DNA of 61,236 bases, filler included. It is 12 parts of 12 records of this genome, joined end to end, with 100 filler letters (N's around TTAATTAATTAA, not from the genome) between each part and the next. Parts side by side here need not be neighbours in the genome. Positions count along the whole stretch, not along the records: positions 33,004 to 37,735 come from SRR7504441_15726; positions 37,836 to 41,894 come from SRR7504441_15739; positions 41,995 to 45,010 come from SRR7504441_15752; positions 45,111 to 48,174 come from SRR7504441_15756; 8 more parts are not named here. One strand, written 5' to 3'. Each line of letters begins with the position of its first letter. Position 1 is the stretch's first letter. Shown here in pieces: positions 35,908 through 47,470 of the stretch. The notes under the pieces are model-generated. The model made no database searches. It saw only the letters and a list, made by a program, of their open reading frames with translations, and was not told the origin of the DNA. A program made the position numbers and the translations under genes.

Positions 35908-36269
35908 ATGGCCGCTTCACCTGTCTCAGAGCTCGCATCGCCGGTCTGGAGGCCTAAGCAGGAGCGACCAGTGAGCTCCATCGCCACCAAAGTCTTCGCC
36001 GTGGTGAGACAACGCTCCACGCCGGCCACCTGAGCGCGCGGACAGCTGGGCCACATCGCAAACTGCGTTTTGTTCATCCTCGTCTGCGAGCGCATGTGGG
36101 TGTCGCTGTACTGCAATGTGAGCCGCAGTAGGGCTCGCCCTGATCCGGTGGCCAGGTCGAGCAATACGTGGGCTCTAGCTCCCTGTATCCGGCATCCGCG
36201 GCGTCGTATTACAGCAAGTGCGCAATCAAGTGAGCCCAGTGACGAGCCGGCGATGTGTTGAGCCTGTAA
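35908..36269 (+). CDS. Small single-TM protein (about 78 aa), 3 predicted introns, not seen intact in the ORF track
   Basis: ACCATGG start; GT-AG introns with CTGAN-like branch sites give MAASPVSELASP...FAVLGHIANCVLFILVCERMWVSLYCNVEQY...SNL*. Confidence 0.5.
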
Positions 36270-36724
36270 TTGCAGTTGGCAAGCCACGCTCCCAGCTCAG
36301 TCTTCTGGGCGCAAGTGGTGAGTGACAACATCACCTGGCCTGTGGACTAAAGGCTGCGTGGTTCACAGATTTGTGGATTCTACCAGCAGCAAATCTTCCT
36401 GTACTATTTTTTCGATATGGGATTTGGTGCAAATTCACAACAGATTTACTCATGGACAGCAATCCCAATATCCCATATGTGTGATCCATCTCAAGTACAG
36501 TTGTGTCATGTCCATAGGACACTTTACTAACGAACAAAGACTCTTTACTAAAATAATTCTCTCACGATCGCAAGCACAATGGCTCGTTAAGTTGGTAGCG
36601 ATTGCGTGAGGGCAGCGGCCGAGATGGCACGTTCGCTGTCGGTATGCCAATGGTCGACAATCAAGCGATAGGAATGATGGCTGGAGGTGTCGGGTCCTTT
36701 AAATGCAATTGATGCGTGAGCGAA

Positions 36725-36792
36725 ATAGCAACGTTATAGCAACGTTGTAGTAACGTTGATTAGGAGTACCATGTAGGCATAATGTAGGCATA
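36725..36792. repeat. Two adjacent 11-bp-period tandem duplications
   Basis: ATAGCAACGTT x2 plus a degenerate third copy (36725-36757); ATGTAGGCATA x2 (36771-36792). Confidence 0.9.
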
Positions 36793-36838
36793 TGCCCATA
36801 GGCTAGCGTCCTTTATTAATTACTAGTAATTGCATTTG

Positions 36839-37735
36839 TCAAGTATTTGTGCTCATGCAAAATATTGGCCTCGTGCATGCGTTCGCATTTGTTGCCACAG
36901 TCTTGCTATAGAAAGAAGCAAGCACGAGCACAGCAAGCACCACGAGCGAAACGCCCGATGCTCGTCGGACCTCTGTATCAAGCACAAACGCAGCACAAAG
37001 CACTGCACCAGTAGCCGCCGCGCCTAAGAGACTGAGCACGATGCAGTCTCGGAATAGCACTGCTGCACACACGTTGCACGCAAAGAATGCCACCAGCAGG
37101 AACGTCGAGCCGCATGAAGCCAGCGAGAAGATCGCATTCGGCAGGCAAGCTAGGCCACAGCCGACTCCCGCCAGCAAGAACGAGCAGCGCTGGAGCGACC
37201 GGAATCTATCAGGGAACATGCCTTGCTTGGACATTCCCCACAGGATCCGGCAGGCCGCCAGATAGGCACCAAAGCTCGTGTTGCCTATTGAAACCACCGC
37301 AACAGCATTATAGAAAAGCCGCCAGCCCGGCCCAGGAAACTGCCCCTCGAGCATATCTACCAGAGGCACCTTGGACCCGGCCAGCTCAGCAGACGGCAGG
37401 AGCGCCACCGCCGCGATGGCGAAAAGCACGTAAGCGACAGCCACCAGCGCCGTGGCCCCGAGCACAGTGCTCGAAATTCCAGCCGTGGTGTGCACCTCGT
37501 CAGCAAAGTCCAGCCCCTGGGGCAGCCCTCCATAAGCGAATACGCATAGCACGATCGCAGTGCATATATTCTCGTTTGAAGGGGCCGGCTGCGGCAGCAG
37601 CGACTCGCTCGGACCGCCGACACTGACGCCGAGCACGATCACGGCCAGGATCATGCTGAGCTCGATCAAGGTTCCTGCCGAACAGAGCCAGGCCGCCTGT
37701 GAGCCAATCTCAGCCACAAACCTGCTGCGGGGGGG
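36839..37735 (-). CDS. APC-superfamily amino acid permease, 5' truncated
   Basis: VFAYGG...ADEV, LAGSKVPL, ACRILWGMSKQGMFP; many TM helices. Confidence 0.8.
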   Translation of the reverse strand, partial: PPRSRFVAEIGSQAAWLCSAGTLIELSMILAVIVLGVSVGGPSESLLPQPAPSNENICTAIVLCVFAYGGLPQGLDFADEVHTTAGISSTVLGATALVAVAYVLFAIAAVALLPSAELAGSKVPLVDMLEGQFPGPGWRLFYNAVAVVSIGNTSFGAYLAACRILWGMSKQGMFPDRFRSLQRCSFLLAGVGCGLACLPNAIFSLASCGSTFLLVAFFACNVCAAVLFRDCIVLSLLGAAATGAVLCAAFVLDTEVRRASGVSLVVLAVLVLASFYSKTVATNANACTRPIFCMSTNT

Positions 37736-38130
37736 NNNNNNNNNNNNNNNNNNNNNNNNNNNNNNNNNNNNNNNNNNNNTTAATTAATTAANNNNNNNNN
37801 NNNNNNNNNNNNNNNNNNNNNNNNNNNNNNNNNNNAACTCTGGGGATCGTGAAACAGTCCCCTATCTGCTTCCCTGCGGTCCGAGCTCCCCCCGGGGGCG
37901 GCCCTCCCTCCCCGGGACTTGCCGACTGAGGCGCGTTGGATGACAGGCACCCTCTGCACTCATTCACCCACGGCCGTGGTTCCGACTAGCGACTTGACAA
38001 AGAATTATACGTATTAACCTTGAGCACTAGGAGAACTAAGTTAGTAGCAGCTTAATTAATAGCAGCCGTGTGTGACTGAGAATAAACACGACGACTGAAT
38101 TATACGTATAACATCGGGCCTAGTTAATCC

Positions 38131-40002
38131 TTAGTACTTGAGGGGATCCGACGCCCGTACATTGCGCTGGACCGTCCCACTAGGCAGCTCGGTAGTCCCG
38201 TGCTCTTCTAGCTGCTCCGACTCCCAAGCAGGCAGCTGCTCTGACACGTCCGACTGAACGGGCTCTAGTTCGTCCTCCGACTGCCCTCCAAAAAGCGGCC
38301 GGAGCACCGCCCGCTCAAGCCGTTGCCAGCCTCGGTGCAACCGGTAAGGCTCCACTTCCGGCGCCATTCTCTGCTCAAGTATTGCGTACGGCGGTGCGGC
38401 AGGCAGCGATTGGCCCGAAGGCCGCCGGAGCTCCACCTGAATGCTCCCAGTGGCGTGGTGCTCCGAGTCGAGCCGGAGAAGCCAGAGCAGCAGAGGAAAG
38501 CTGAGCGGTACGACTAAGACAGTAAACACCACAAGGTAGAACGATGCCGCCACCAGCGCCCCGCCGTCTGCCAGCCAATCAGGGAGGCGCTAGACGGCCA
38601 ACATACGGGTGCGGTGCTTGATCCCGGCAGCGAGTGCAATCACCACTGCATCCCTCAACACACCTGACCAGCCCCTCGGTCAGCGTGCGTGGAGCACAGC
38701 GCAGCACCAGCGTAAATGAGTGCTACAGTTTCCCGCCACGAAGGCGCTTTTCGGGTGCAGAGCCGAGAGAGAGCGGAGAGCAACGGAATGTTGATCAGTC
38801 GAGCCGCGACTACCGCCTGGCCGGGTGGTGAGTTTAGGTAGAGGCGAGTGGATACCCCGATGGTGACCAGGACCAGAGTGTGTGGCGAGCCTTGGTCGAG
38901 GTCTTGCTGGAGCACCCACAGGTGAACCCCCATGTAGCAGTAGATGAACAGCTCGCACAGCAGCGACAGCGACTCGAAGAAGTACACGGCAGTCACCTGA
39001 AGAGTGATGATCAGAACGGCTCTGGACAGCACAGAGGAGACCTGCACGCTGCGACTGCAGGCCGCGTGGCCATAGTGCGAGAGCACAATGCCGCAACTGA
39101 ATAAGGCTGCCCCCACCTGAGCTCGGCCAGGAGTGGGGCCGCACCAGTAACGCCGGACCAATCCAACCTCTCCGTGACAGCGTAGCTCAAATAAGCCGAC
39201 AGCAAGAGCAGCAAAAACTGTGCCGGTTCGAGCCCAGACCGGCGGCTCACGCGAGCTAGCAGCAGGCTCCCCGCCAGCCCCACCGCCAGCCCGAGCCCGG
39301 TCGAGCCGAAGAAGAGCTTGACGCATTCGAGCGCAATGAGCCCTCGGTGCCTGGCGTCCACTGCAGTACCGGGCATGCTCCACTTGCGGAACGCCGTGAA
39401 AAGGATGATGCACACCGGATCGCTGATCACGCTCTCGCCCACCGCGATGCTGTGCAGACCGCCAAACTCCTCCAGCAGCCCTGCCCCTTGCTCCCCCCCC
39501 GGGCAGCTGAGGCTGCACCGCTCCCCGCGCTAGGGCTCACAGCCACCGCGAACATGAAAGCTTCAGCGGCCGAATCTGCTCCGTCGAAGGACGCCACCCA
39601 GCCGGCACGGGCCGCCCCGAGCAGGCAGACCCCCACCGCCGCCACATTGAGTACGGTTCCAGCCAGCCCGAACAGCACCGCCAGCCCAACTCCGCTGAAG
39701 AACCGGCGCTTGCGCAGCTTGAAGGCATCGTTGAATATAAGCGGCGGCACAATCAAGTAGGTGAACAGGTCGTCACTCAGCACCAGCACGCGCGCCTGCC
39801 GGCCGGCGCTGTCCATTCCGAAGTGCATGGCGCTACCAGCGGCCGCCCCGAACAGCAGCGTGAGCAGTGGGGCCCAGCTGGGCCGCCCGACCAGCCGCGC
39901 CAGGCTGTGGGCCATAAGGCAGCCCATCATCAGAGCCGTGAATATGATCACGTCGTCCCGCTCGTCCAGAGGGCTGTGCTCGTGCGGATCCTCTCCAGCC
40001 AT
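38131..40002 (-). CDS. Na+/H+ exchanger (CPA1, NHE/NHX-like), divergent, spliced
   Basis: LFTYLIVPPLIFNDAFKLRKRRFF, VGESVISDPVCIILF, AYLSYAVTE...SG, FESLSLLCELFIYCYMG. Confidence 0.82.
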
Positions 40003-40195
40003 CGTCTCCAGCGCTGTCCTCTCAATCAAGCTCCCTGCGCCTCCTCTCAGATAACGGACGTGGCCGTTGGAGTTGAGTTCAGTTGCAACAGCGCGGTCCA
40101 GGCACTGTGTTCTGATTGCGGCGGCGCCCACTGCTGTAGGTGGGACCCCCGGCTGGGCATCCAGCGCTGAGCGCCTGCCCACGGCACAGGCTCTG

Positions 40196-40666
40196 ATGAG
40201 TGAAGCCGACTTCGTGCCAGCCAGCGAGTGGCAAGACGCGCGCTGCCCCGGTGCCCAGCCGCACGGCTGCTGCCGCGAGCTTCCGGCAGGTGATGCCGGT
40301 CGTATTCAATTTGCGCGCATGGACGATTGCTTCCGACCGCCCTGTGGCTGGCTGCAGCCCAGCTTCAGTCCGAACAACGGCGTGATGGCAGCGTACCAGC
40401 CAACCTTCGTATTCACCAACTGGAGCGACCATTTCGCAACCACAGAGAGGGCGGCGCTCGAAGGTTTCCTGCAGCGGGCTGCTCCGGGTGCCTGAGGCTG
40501 GCCGGCAGGCTACAAGGTCCGCTTTGTGGTCGTTGACACCAAGAACAGCAACTACAAGCCCGAGGATCCGAGGATGGCCGCACCGGCCGGCGGGTTCGAT
40601 CAGGATACAATCCACGTGAGGATCACTGCGGCCTCACTCTTCGAAGACGAACACGATACCGCTTAG
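40196..40666 (+). CDS. Hypothetical protein, 1-2 introns
   Basis: ATG at 40196; an intron removes the stop at 40493 and continues GYKVRFVVVDTK...HDTA*. Confidence 0.5.
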
Positions 40667-40926
40667 GACGTTCCCCGTATCTTGCACATTTATAATTAAA
40701 CAGCGCGCAAACCAACCAACAAATCCTGCCTCCTTTCCTCCGTTCAACGTTCAGTCATGGTTCAGCCGTAGTTCAGCTGATTGCTTGAAACATTATGGCA
40801 TACTCGGCGTACGTTGCGGTTGCTCGAGGCCACGTGCATGTATGATATAATTATATAATCAATGCCTTCTCCGTCATAACAGTTGGTAGAGCTCTCCGCA
40901 ATCGAGGCCAATTACTAACCGAACCC

Positions 40927-41894
40927 TTAAATGTTCCAACCATCCGCATTCCTCTGAGGCAATTGCTCTGCCGACTCCCTACGCGCCTCGCGCGCGGCTG
41001 CCGCCATGTCGCCCGTGCTGCCACGCCGCTTGACCTTGAAATCCTCGCCCGCCGGGTCCCCCAGCCACTCCCCCCCGGGGCTTTCAGACTCCCGCATCTG
41101 CTGCTGCCCGCACGGAATCGGACTCCCGGGCTCGATGGCATCTGCGCCCTTACACCCAGCCGAGACCTCCTCCAGGAAGTGAATAAGCCTGGCCGTCCCG
41201 GGCTGCTCCTTTCCGAATAAAATCCCATGTGGCCCTGCACCAGCTCAGCCAGGCTGTACCGGGAGGAGGCCACCGTTGAGCACAGCGTGTCGGGTGCTCA
41301 GCACATTGTCGAGCTGATCGGGCCCGTACCGAGCTTTGAGCAGGTCGTGCGCAAAATGGGCTGGCATCATATCGTCGTCACTGCCCCTCACTCAGTCGCC
41401 ACTCAGACAGACGCAAGTGACTTGGCAGAAAACACAAACAGCTGGCCCTTGACGGTAGCCAGCTTGCCCACTGTGTCGTACCCGTCGGTGCAAAGAGGCC
41501 CCTGCCGGAGCCCTTTCTCGAACAGCGCGTTTGTGGCCTTCTCCACGATGAGCGAGGGTGCCCAGCTTGCATGTTGAGTGCACAGTGCGTACGCGACTTG
41601 CTGGGCCGACGTGAAGGTCTGGTCTAAAACTAAGTGCGCCCCGGGCGTCTGGACCGCCGCCGCGGTGGCCAGCGCCCCGCCCAACGAGAGCCCATGCAGC
41701 AACAGCCGATCTGGGATAACGTTTCGGACCCTTGTGCAGTACTCGACTGCTGCCATCGCATCCATGTAGGAGGACAGCTCCCCCGGGGTGCCTTCGCTGG
41801 CCCCGTACCCGCCCATCGTGATCACCAGCACATCCAGCCCGTGGCTCCGGTACCACTGCGCGTGCTCAAACATGTCTAGCCCCACCTACCCGCC
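40927..41894 (-). CDS. Alpha/beta hydrolase (ABHD/BEM46-like), 5' truncated
   Basis: GYGASEGTPGE, LLHGLSLGGA nucleophile elbow, LVLDQTFTS; 3' end approximate. Confidence 0.8.
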
Positions 41895-41994
41895 NNNNNN
41901 NNNNNNNNNNNNNNNNNNNNNNNNNNNNNNNNNNNNNNTTAATTAATTAANNNNNNNNNNNNNNNNNNNNNNNNNNNNNNNNNNNNNNNNNNNN

Positions 41995-42787
41995 TGCCTG
42001 AGGCCTCCATCTCGCAGATCTGTCGGAGCAGCCGGTCGCTCTTCTTAACCAGATGCTCCAGCTCGCCCCGCCGGGTCTCCCGCGCCTCCTGCTCCGCCTG
42101 CGCCCGCTGCTCCGCCTGCCGCTCACACTCTGACGCCATCATCGCCTCCAGCGCCTCAAATCCCTCCACCGCGAGCTCCGGCAGCTCGGCCGGCGGCGGC
42201 CTCTGGTGCCCCGCGGCCCAGATGGTGTCCTGGTTGTGGTGCAGCACCGTCAGGCACGGCCCGGTCCGCCCAGCACTCACCATCTCCTCTGCTGACTGCT
42301 CCAGCCGGCCCACCGCCAACGGACACCAGTTCCCTGCCGGCAGCACCGCACACGGCGCGTGCCGACAGAGCTCGCGCGGGAACAGCTGGGCCGGCCAGTC
42401 GGGCCGGCTGGTGTCGAGCTGGTTGGGCAGCATCACCCCCGGCCAGAAGAGCTGGGCGCCCCGGTGGAGCTTTGGGAGCAGCGACGGGTGGACCGTGACG
42501 GTCTGGACCATCTGAGGGGCCAGCTGGAGCGCGTAGCAGCTCGGGTACAGCTCGCCCGAGTAGGAGAATAAGATCGGGGTCCGTTCCGGCCCGGTGGCCC
42601 AAAGTTCCTCCTGATGGTTCTTAGCGGCCAGCTTGATCAGCGCGAGCGGGTTGGGCTTGCCCAGCGGGATCAGCCGCTCGAGCTGGCCCGGCGTAACGCT
42701 CGGGTACCGCTCGGCCACTCGCTGCCGCAGCTTGCGTTTGTCCGACTCCTTGAGCAGCCGCTCTTTGCTCGTGTCCGGCTGCAACAT
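41995..42787 (-). CDS. eIF2D/MCTS1-like pre-PUA + PUA protein, 3' truncated
   Basis: LKESDKRKLRQRV, LYPSCYAL, KLHRGAQLFWPGV, PLAVG, LTVLHHNQDTIW. Confidence 0.75.
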
Positions 42788-42826
42788 TGCGAGCGGTGCC
42801 TGATCCTCGGGCTGAGCTTTATAAAT
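42788..42826. promoter_or_regulatory. 39-bp bidirectional spacer with TATAAAT
   Basis: Lies between divergent ATGs of the eIF2D-like and EF-hand genes. Confidence 0.55.
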
Positions 42827-43501
42827 ATGGAGGACGCTCTTTTTCAGGAAGCAGACGCCGACGGCGACGGCAGCCTGAGCCTGGACGAGCTGCGCGGGCG
42901 GCTCTCGGTCGGCCTGTGTCCCCCAGTAACTCTGACCGCGGTGGCTCAGGACTGGGGCCTGGAGGATGCTCAGATTGAGGCGCTTTTTACCAGGCTGGAT
43001 GCGGACAACGACGGCCGGGTGCGCGGGGCGAGCCGCACCGGTGCCAGCCCCGGCCAGATCTCGCAGCAGGAGTTCAAGCACCTCACTGCGGCTCTAGCCG
43101 CCACCGAGGAGCCGGAGGCCGAGGAGGGAGCCGAGGAGCCGGAGGCAGACTTCGGGGGGTACGAGCCTTCGGTGCGCCGCGCGGCCTCGCGGGCGGACAG
43201 GGCTGGCACAGGCCTCGCAGATGTCAGCCGGGGCGCGAGAGCGTCTGCGCAGTCAGTTTAATGCGGCGGATAAGAACTCGGACGGGCGGATTGGTGCCGT
43301 CGCCGAGGGGCGGCGGCTGAGGTGCTGTGGGCAGATTGCGAAGAGTTTGGTGCGATGCTGAGCGAGCTAGGCGAGGAGCACGAGCAGGCGGAGGTGCGTC
43401 GGCAGTTCGAGCAGATTGACTTGAAGCGGTGCGGCTGGATCCACTTTGACGGGTTTATACGATGGTTTGAACGGCAAGGTAACGTGCTCGACACAATATG
43501 A
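42827..43501 (+). CDS. Multi-EF-hand protein, spliced
   Basis: DADGDGSLSLDE, DADNDGR(ISQQE), FEQIDLKRCGWIHFDGF. Confidence 0.75.
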
Positions 43502-43822
43502 TGAATTTGTCATTAAAAACTTGTATTGAAACTAGAGTTTACGGTATCTAATACATCCAAGAGCGAGGTGTGGTTCTCCTACTGATATAGCCGAACGCGT
43601 TGATGGACTAGTTAGACCTCCTAGAAGCCGAGAAGCAACAGGCACTGCCGCACTGCCGTTGACGAAATACCTGAAACTGCCACTCGCTGTTGCCACTCGG
43701 GGAATGCCCTAGGGCCGGGAGGCTGCTGCTGACCAGACCGACGAGGGTCGGCCGGGACACGCCAGCCCAGCGCATCCAGCTCTGGACGCGTCCGGTCCGG
43801 TGGGACTCGGGCTCGGAGCCGA

Positions 43823-44314
43823 ATGGATGCGCGACCGTGCGCCCCGCTGCAGCCCAAGCTGGCTCGTCTATTTGCGGTGTTAGACCCCACCAGTTCGGGC
43901 CTGGTGCTCGTACGGCGGGCGGCCCAGTGGTGCGCGGCCGGGCCCAGCAGCCCTTTGAGATTTGGCCAGGTTCCTGGCGAGCGCGGCGCACGTGGGGATC
44001 CCGCCTGAGCAAGTGGTGGTTAACAAGTGCATCGAGAACTACTGCCTGGCCCAGGGCTGGCAGCTCGACTTGTGCGCCGGCCGGCGGGGCGGGCGCATCC
44101 CGGGCGCAGGGAGCACCGGAGCATTCGGATGGACGAGTGGCTGGACTTCTTCGACTGCGCGATGACCGACGGGATCCCGGGGGTGCGCGTGGACAAGGAC
44201 AGGTGCCCCCCATTGCAGGGCAGCCCCCCGAGTGCGGGCAGGCTAGCGGCGGCTATCGATTTGCTGATTAGCGACGATGCGCTGAGCATCTCTCTCGACT
44301 CTCTCAGCCTGTAA
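43823..44314 (+). CDS. Hypothetical protein with degenerate EF-hand-like segments
   Basis: LFAVLDPTSSGL and IRMDEWLDFFD; splicing unresolved. Confidence 0.35.
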
Positions 44315-44574
44315 TTGAGCTCGAGCCGCGACAAGAAAATCCAACATATAGCATGACATAGATACGACATGCTTATCATGCATGTGCAGGTGGACCTAGA
44401 ATTAGACGCTTTGTATAATATACTCGCCATATTCATAAACAACTAAATAAGTCGGTATAGGTCACCACGAGAGGTCTCATTCAAGTCATTTAATTTTAGA
44501 AATTTCATGTTCTTATTTTGACGTTGTGCCGACCGACCGCTCTATGGGTGCTACAGCAAACGAGGTCTAGAGGT

Positions 44575-45010
44575 CTAGTAGAGCAACCTCAGCACTTTGG
44601 CTTGCCTCTGCGCGTGCTCAGCCCTGAAGATCGTCCTCTTGGACGCCAACCACTCCTACCCCACCGTCACTCGCACAGGCACAGCATGCACCAGCATCGA
44701 GCTCAGCGGGGTGAAGCACGCCGGTGGCCGGAGTCGCTCCACTTCGGCCTCGGCCAGCTCGGTCAGCCGTTGGAAAATCCGGTGCTCCGACATGATCCAA
44801 GGGCACGCGTCCACTCTAGGCTCGTTGTCGCCATATATCAGCACCCGCACCAGCTTGATCTGCTGCTCACTGCTCGCCTCGAGCGCGCCCACTCCGCAGA
44901 ACACCAACGCCCGGAACACCCCGGCGCAGCGCACTCGGATACCAACAGACCCACTCAGGTGGACCTCGGCGCACACCTCTGCCTGCAGGCACGGCTGGCA
45001 GGTGGCCAGC
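44575..45010 (-). CDS. Mediator subunit MED27-like C-terminal region, 5' truncated
   Basis: GVFRALV...IYGDNE...PWIMSEHRIFQRLTELA...SMLEWLASKRTIF parallels the MED27 W.S...VFQKVT...WL.SY..LF pattern; one intron. Confidence 0.55.
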
Positions 45011-45110
45011 NNNNNNNNNNNNNNNNNNNNNNNNNNNNNNNNNNNNNNNNNNNNTTAATTAATTAANNNNNNNNNNNNNNNNNNNNNNNNNNNNNNNNNN
45101 NNNNNNNNNN

Positions 45111-46346
45111 CCACGCGGCGTGTGCGTCGCGGGTGCCGGCACAGGCCCGGCTGGCCGGCACCCAGGAACTGCTTAAAGGTGTCTGGGCGGCCGGGCGGCG
45201 GGCTGAGCGGGCGGGCAGAGGCGGCCCGGATGGGGCACCCGCAGGCCAACTGGGAGCTCGCCGAGGAGCAGACGCTCGGCTCCCGGCTCTGGCTCAAGTT
45301 CATGGCCGGGGCGGCCGAGGCTGGCAGGCTTGAAGCGCGATACCGGCTTGGACTAGAGGCGGAGCAGCGGGGCGCGGTGCCTGCCCGGGCGGTGTGAGCG
45401 CGAGCCGGCCGGGCAGAGCCGGGAGGCGCTGGGGCACTACCAACAGTGCGCGGGGGCTCTACTCGCCATGGAGCACAGCTGCTCGCACACGCGGGCGGGG
45501 AGTACAGAGGAGCGGGATGTGGCAGGGCGGGCGGCAGAGCGGCTCGCTGTCGCCCAGCTCCGGGAGATTGATCGGTTCGATTGCGAGCTGCACAGCTGCC
45601 TGGCGCTGGCGCTGGTGGGGTACCAGCAGGCCGCCCGGTGGTCTGTGGAGGGCAGCCCGCTTCAGCAGAAGGCAATGGACTGTGCTGCGGCTATAGGTTG
45701 GTGCTGCCAACGACTGAAGGTGCACTTCGAGTTGGACTCAGACCCAGCGATTGACGGGCTTTGCAATGAAGCGCTCCGCTGGGTGCAGGGCGGGGGGGCG
45801 CTCAGCTGGGCCCCGGGGCATGACCAGTGGCTGTACGAGATGGGTGACCAGCTGTCAGCTGATCACTTTCACGGCCCACTCGGCCGCCAGGAGCTTGTGG
45901 CGTGGCAGGCGGCAGCCGACTTTGAGATCGGCCAGCTGGCGTTCCAGCTCGGGGCGGTGGATCAGGCCCGGGTGTTCTGGTTGTATGCGAGTGAGGCGAC
46001 CGACGATCTCGGGGAACCTTTCCATGCACTGTCTTGCTGGAACTTTGGCGCAATTGAGCTCAGGCGTGCGGTGCTGGAGCCGGAGCGCGAGCCGGCGCTC
46101 TGCGAGGTCCACAAGGAGCAGGCGGAGGCCTACTTGTTGGAGGCCAATCGGAGGGCGGACAAGATGGTGGAACGTGGGGTGAGGCCAGCCGGAGGCGGGT
46201 TGCTGAGTCGGGCGGGGTAGGAGGCAAGGCCGCCGGAGATTTTGCCGTTGGAAGAGGTGCATGGTTGGAGCGACAAGGGCGAGTTTGTGCAGGAGACTTA
46301 CATTCGGAATATGGTGTGCGAACGGTACAATGGCATGCTGAACTGA
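45111..46346 (+). CDS. SEL1/TPR-like helical repeat protein, 5' truncated, spliced
   Basis: AARMGHPQANWELA and AAEAGRLEARYRLG. Confidence 0.5.
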
Positions 46347-46478
46347 AATCAGTCAGCTTCATTACATAATTAGGTGGTTCATCTCGCCTTATTATTAATT
46401 TTAAAAACAAGATCATTACGACCGTGTAGCCGCTCATAAAGGTGGGCCGAGTTTACTGACATTCAGTCTAGCTGGAGG

Positions 46479-47384
46479 TTAGCCAAAGGTTAGCCTGACC
46501 CCTTCTTCGAAGCCTTTGAATTCAAACCCGACTAGTTTCTCGAGTGCGCTCGAGTTCATCGAGATATCGCACGGTGACGGTGTCGACAGGCCCAACGAGC
46601 CATACGTGATTGCCTGAATCCGGTCGGTAGGCCGCTCCCTCACCCGGGCGACGGCCTCGCCCATTTGGACTCTGTTGAGCCTATCCTTCCCACCGGCGCA
46701 GAATACTGTCGGTCCGGGCGGCAGCTGATCCCGGTTCTCGATGAGTGACACAATCGCACGCACCAGGCAATCAACGTGGATCGGATTCCGGAACTGATCT
46801 TCGAACAGCGTGAGTGGCTCAGGCGAACCAGACCCGAGTTCCTTGTCCAGCCACTGCACAAACAGGCTGCGCTGCACTGGGACCGGAGTCTGCGGCCCAT
46901 AGATAATTGAAGACCTTAGGCAGACCGAACGGCCGGTGTGCATCTCGCCGATCAACTGCTCCGCGGCCAGCTTAGTCCTGGCGTACGTGTTGATCGGGCC
47001 CGCGGGGGTAGACTCGTCGGAGCTCGGGTGCTCTCCGGAGTAGACTTGGTCGGTGCTCAGGTGGATCAGCAGCGGCGGGGTCTCGAGCGCGGTCAGCTGC
47101 TCGAGCAGCTTCGTGGGCACATTGATGGCCGCGGCGGCCTCGGGGTCTTTCTCGCAGGCGCCCGGGCTCGAGATCGCGGCGGTGTTGACCACAACGTCCG
47201 GGCCGTGGGCCAGGGCCCGGTCCAGCCCCTCTCCGGTGGTCAGGTCAACCAGGAAGCTGGCCTCGCCGCCGACCACAAGGTTGCTGGTGTAGGTGGTGTT
47301 GAGTCGGACCCCCTCGGTGCAGGAGAGGGCCGCCGACAGGTGCTGGCCCAGGTACCCGCTCCCGCCGACCACCAGCACTCTCAT
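46479..47384 (-). CDS. RmlD/MAT2B-like extended SDR, intronless
   Basis: VLVVGGSGYLG, VVNTAAIS, HLSTDQVYSG, YARTK, LFEDQFRNPIHV. Confidence 0.88.
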   Translation of the reverse strand: MRVLVVGGSGYLGQHLSAALSCTEGVRLNTTYTSNLVVGGEASFLVDLTTGEGLDRALAHGPDVVVNTAAISSPGACEKDPEAAAAINVPTKLLEQLTALETPPLLIHLSTDQVYSGEHPSSDESTPAGPINTYARTKLAAEQLIGEMHTGRSVCLRSSIIYGPQTPVPVQRSLFVQWLDKELGSGSPEPLTLFEDQFRNPIHVDCLVRAIVSLIENRDQLPPGPTVFCAGGKDRLNRVQMGEAVARVRERPTDRIQAITYGSLGLSTPSPCDISMNSSALEKLVGFEFKGFEEGVRLTFG

Positions 47385-47408
47385 CACTTCACCGGCCGCA
47401 GGCCGCTG

Positions 47409-47422
47409 TAAAAGTCCGTTAT
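47409..47422. promoter_or_regulatory. TAAAAGTCCGTTAT promoter motif, identical copy at 49386-49399 on another contig
   Basis: 14-bp identity, both copies within about 50 bp of start codons. Confidence 0.6.
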
Positions 47423-47470
47423 TATTCACCGCGCCGTCACTGCTGTGTGTGGCCTGGCGAGAAGCGCTAT

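Noticed and set aside
43621-43645. U2 snRNA-like GCTTCTCGGC on the minus strand
   Set aside because: Only about 10 nt match; no GTGTAGTA branch-pairing region or Sm site follows
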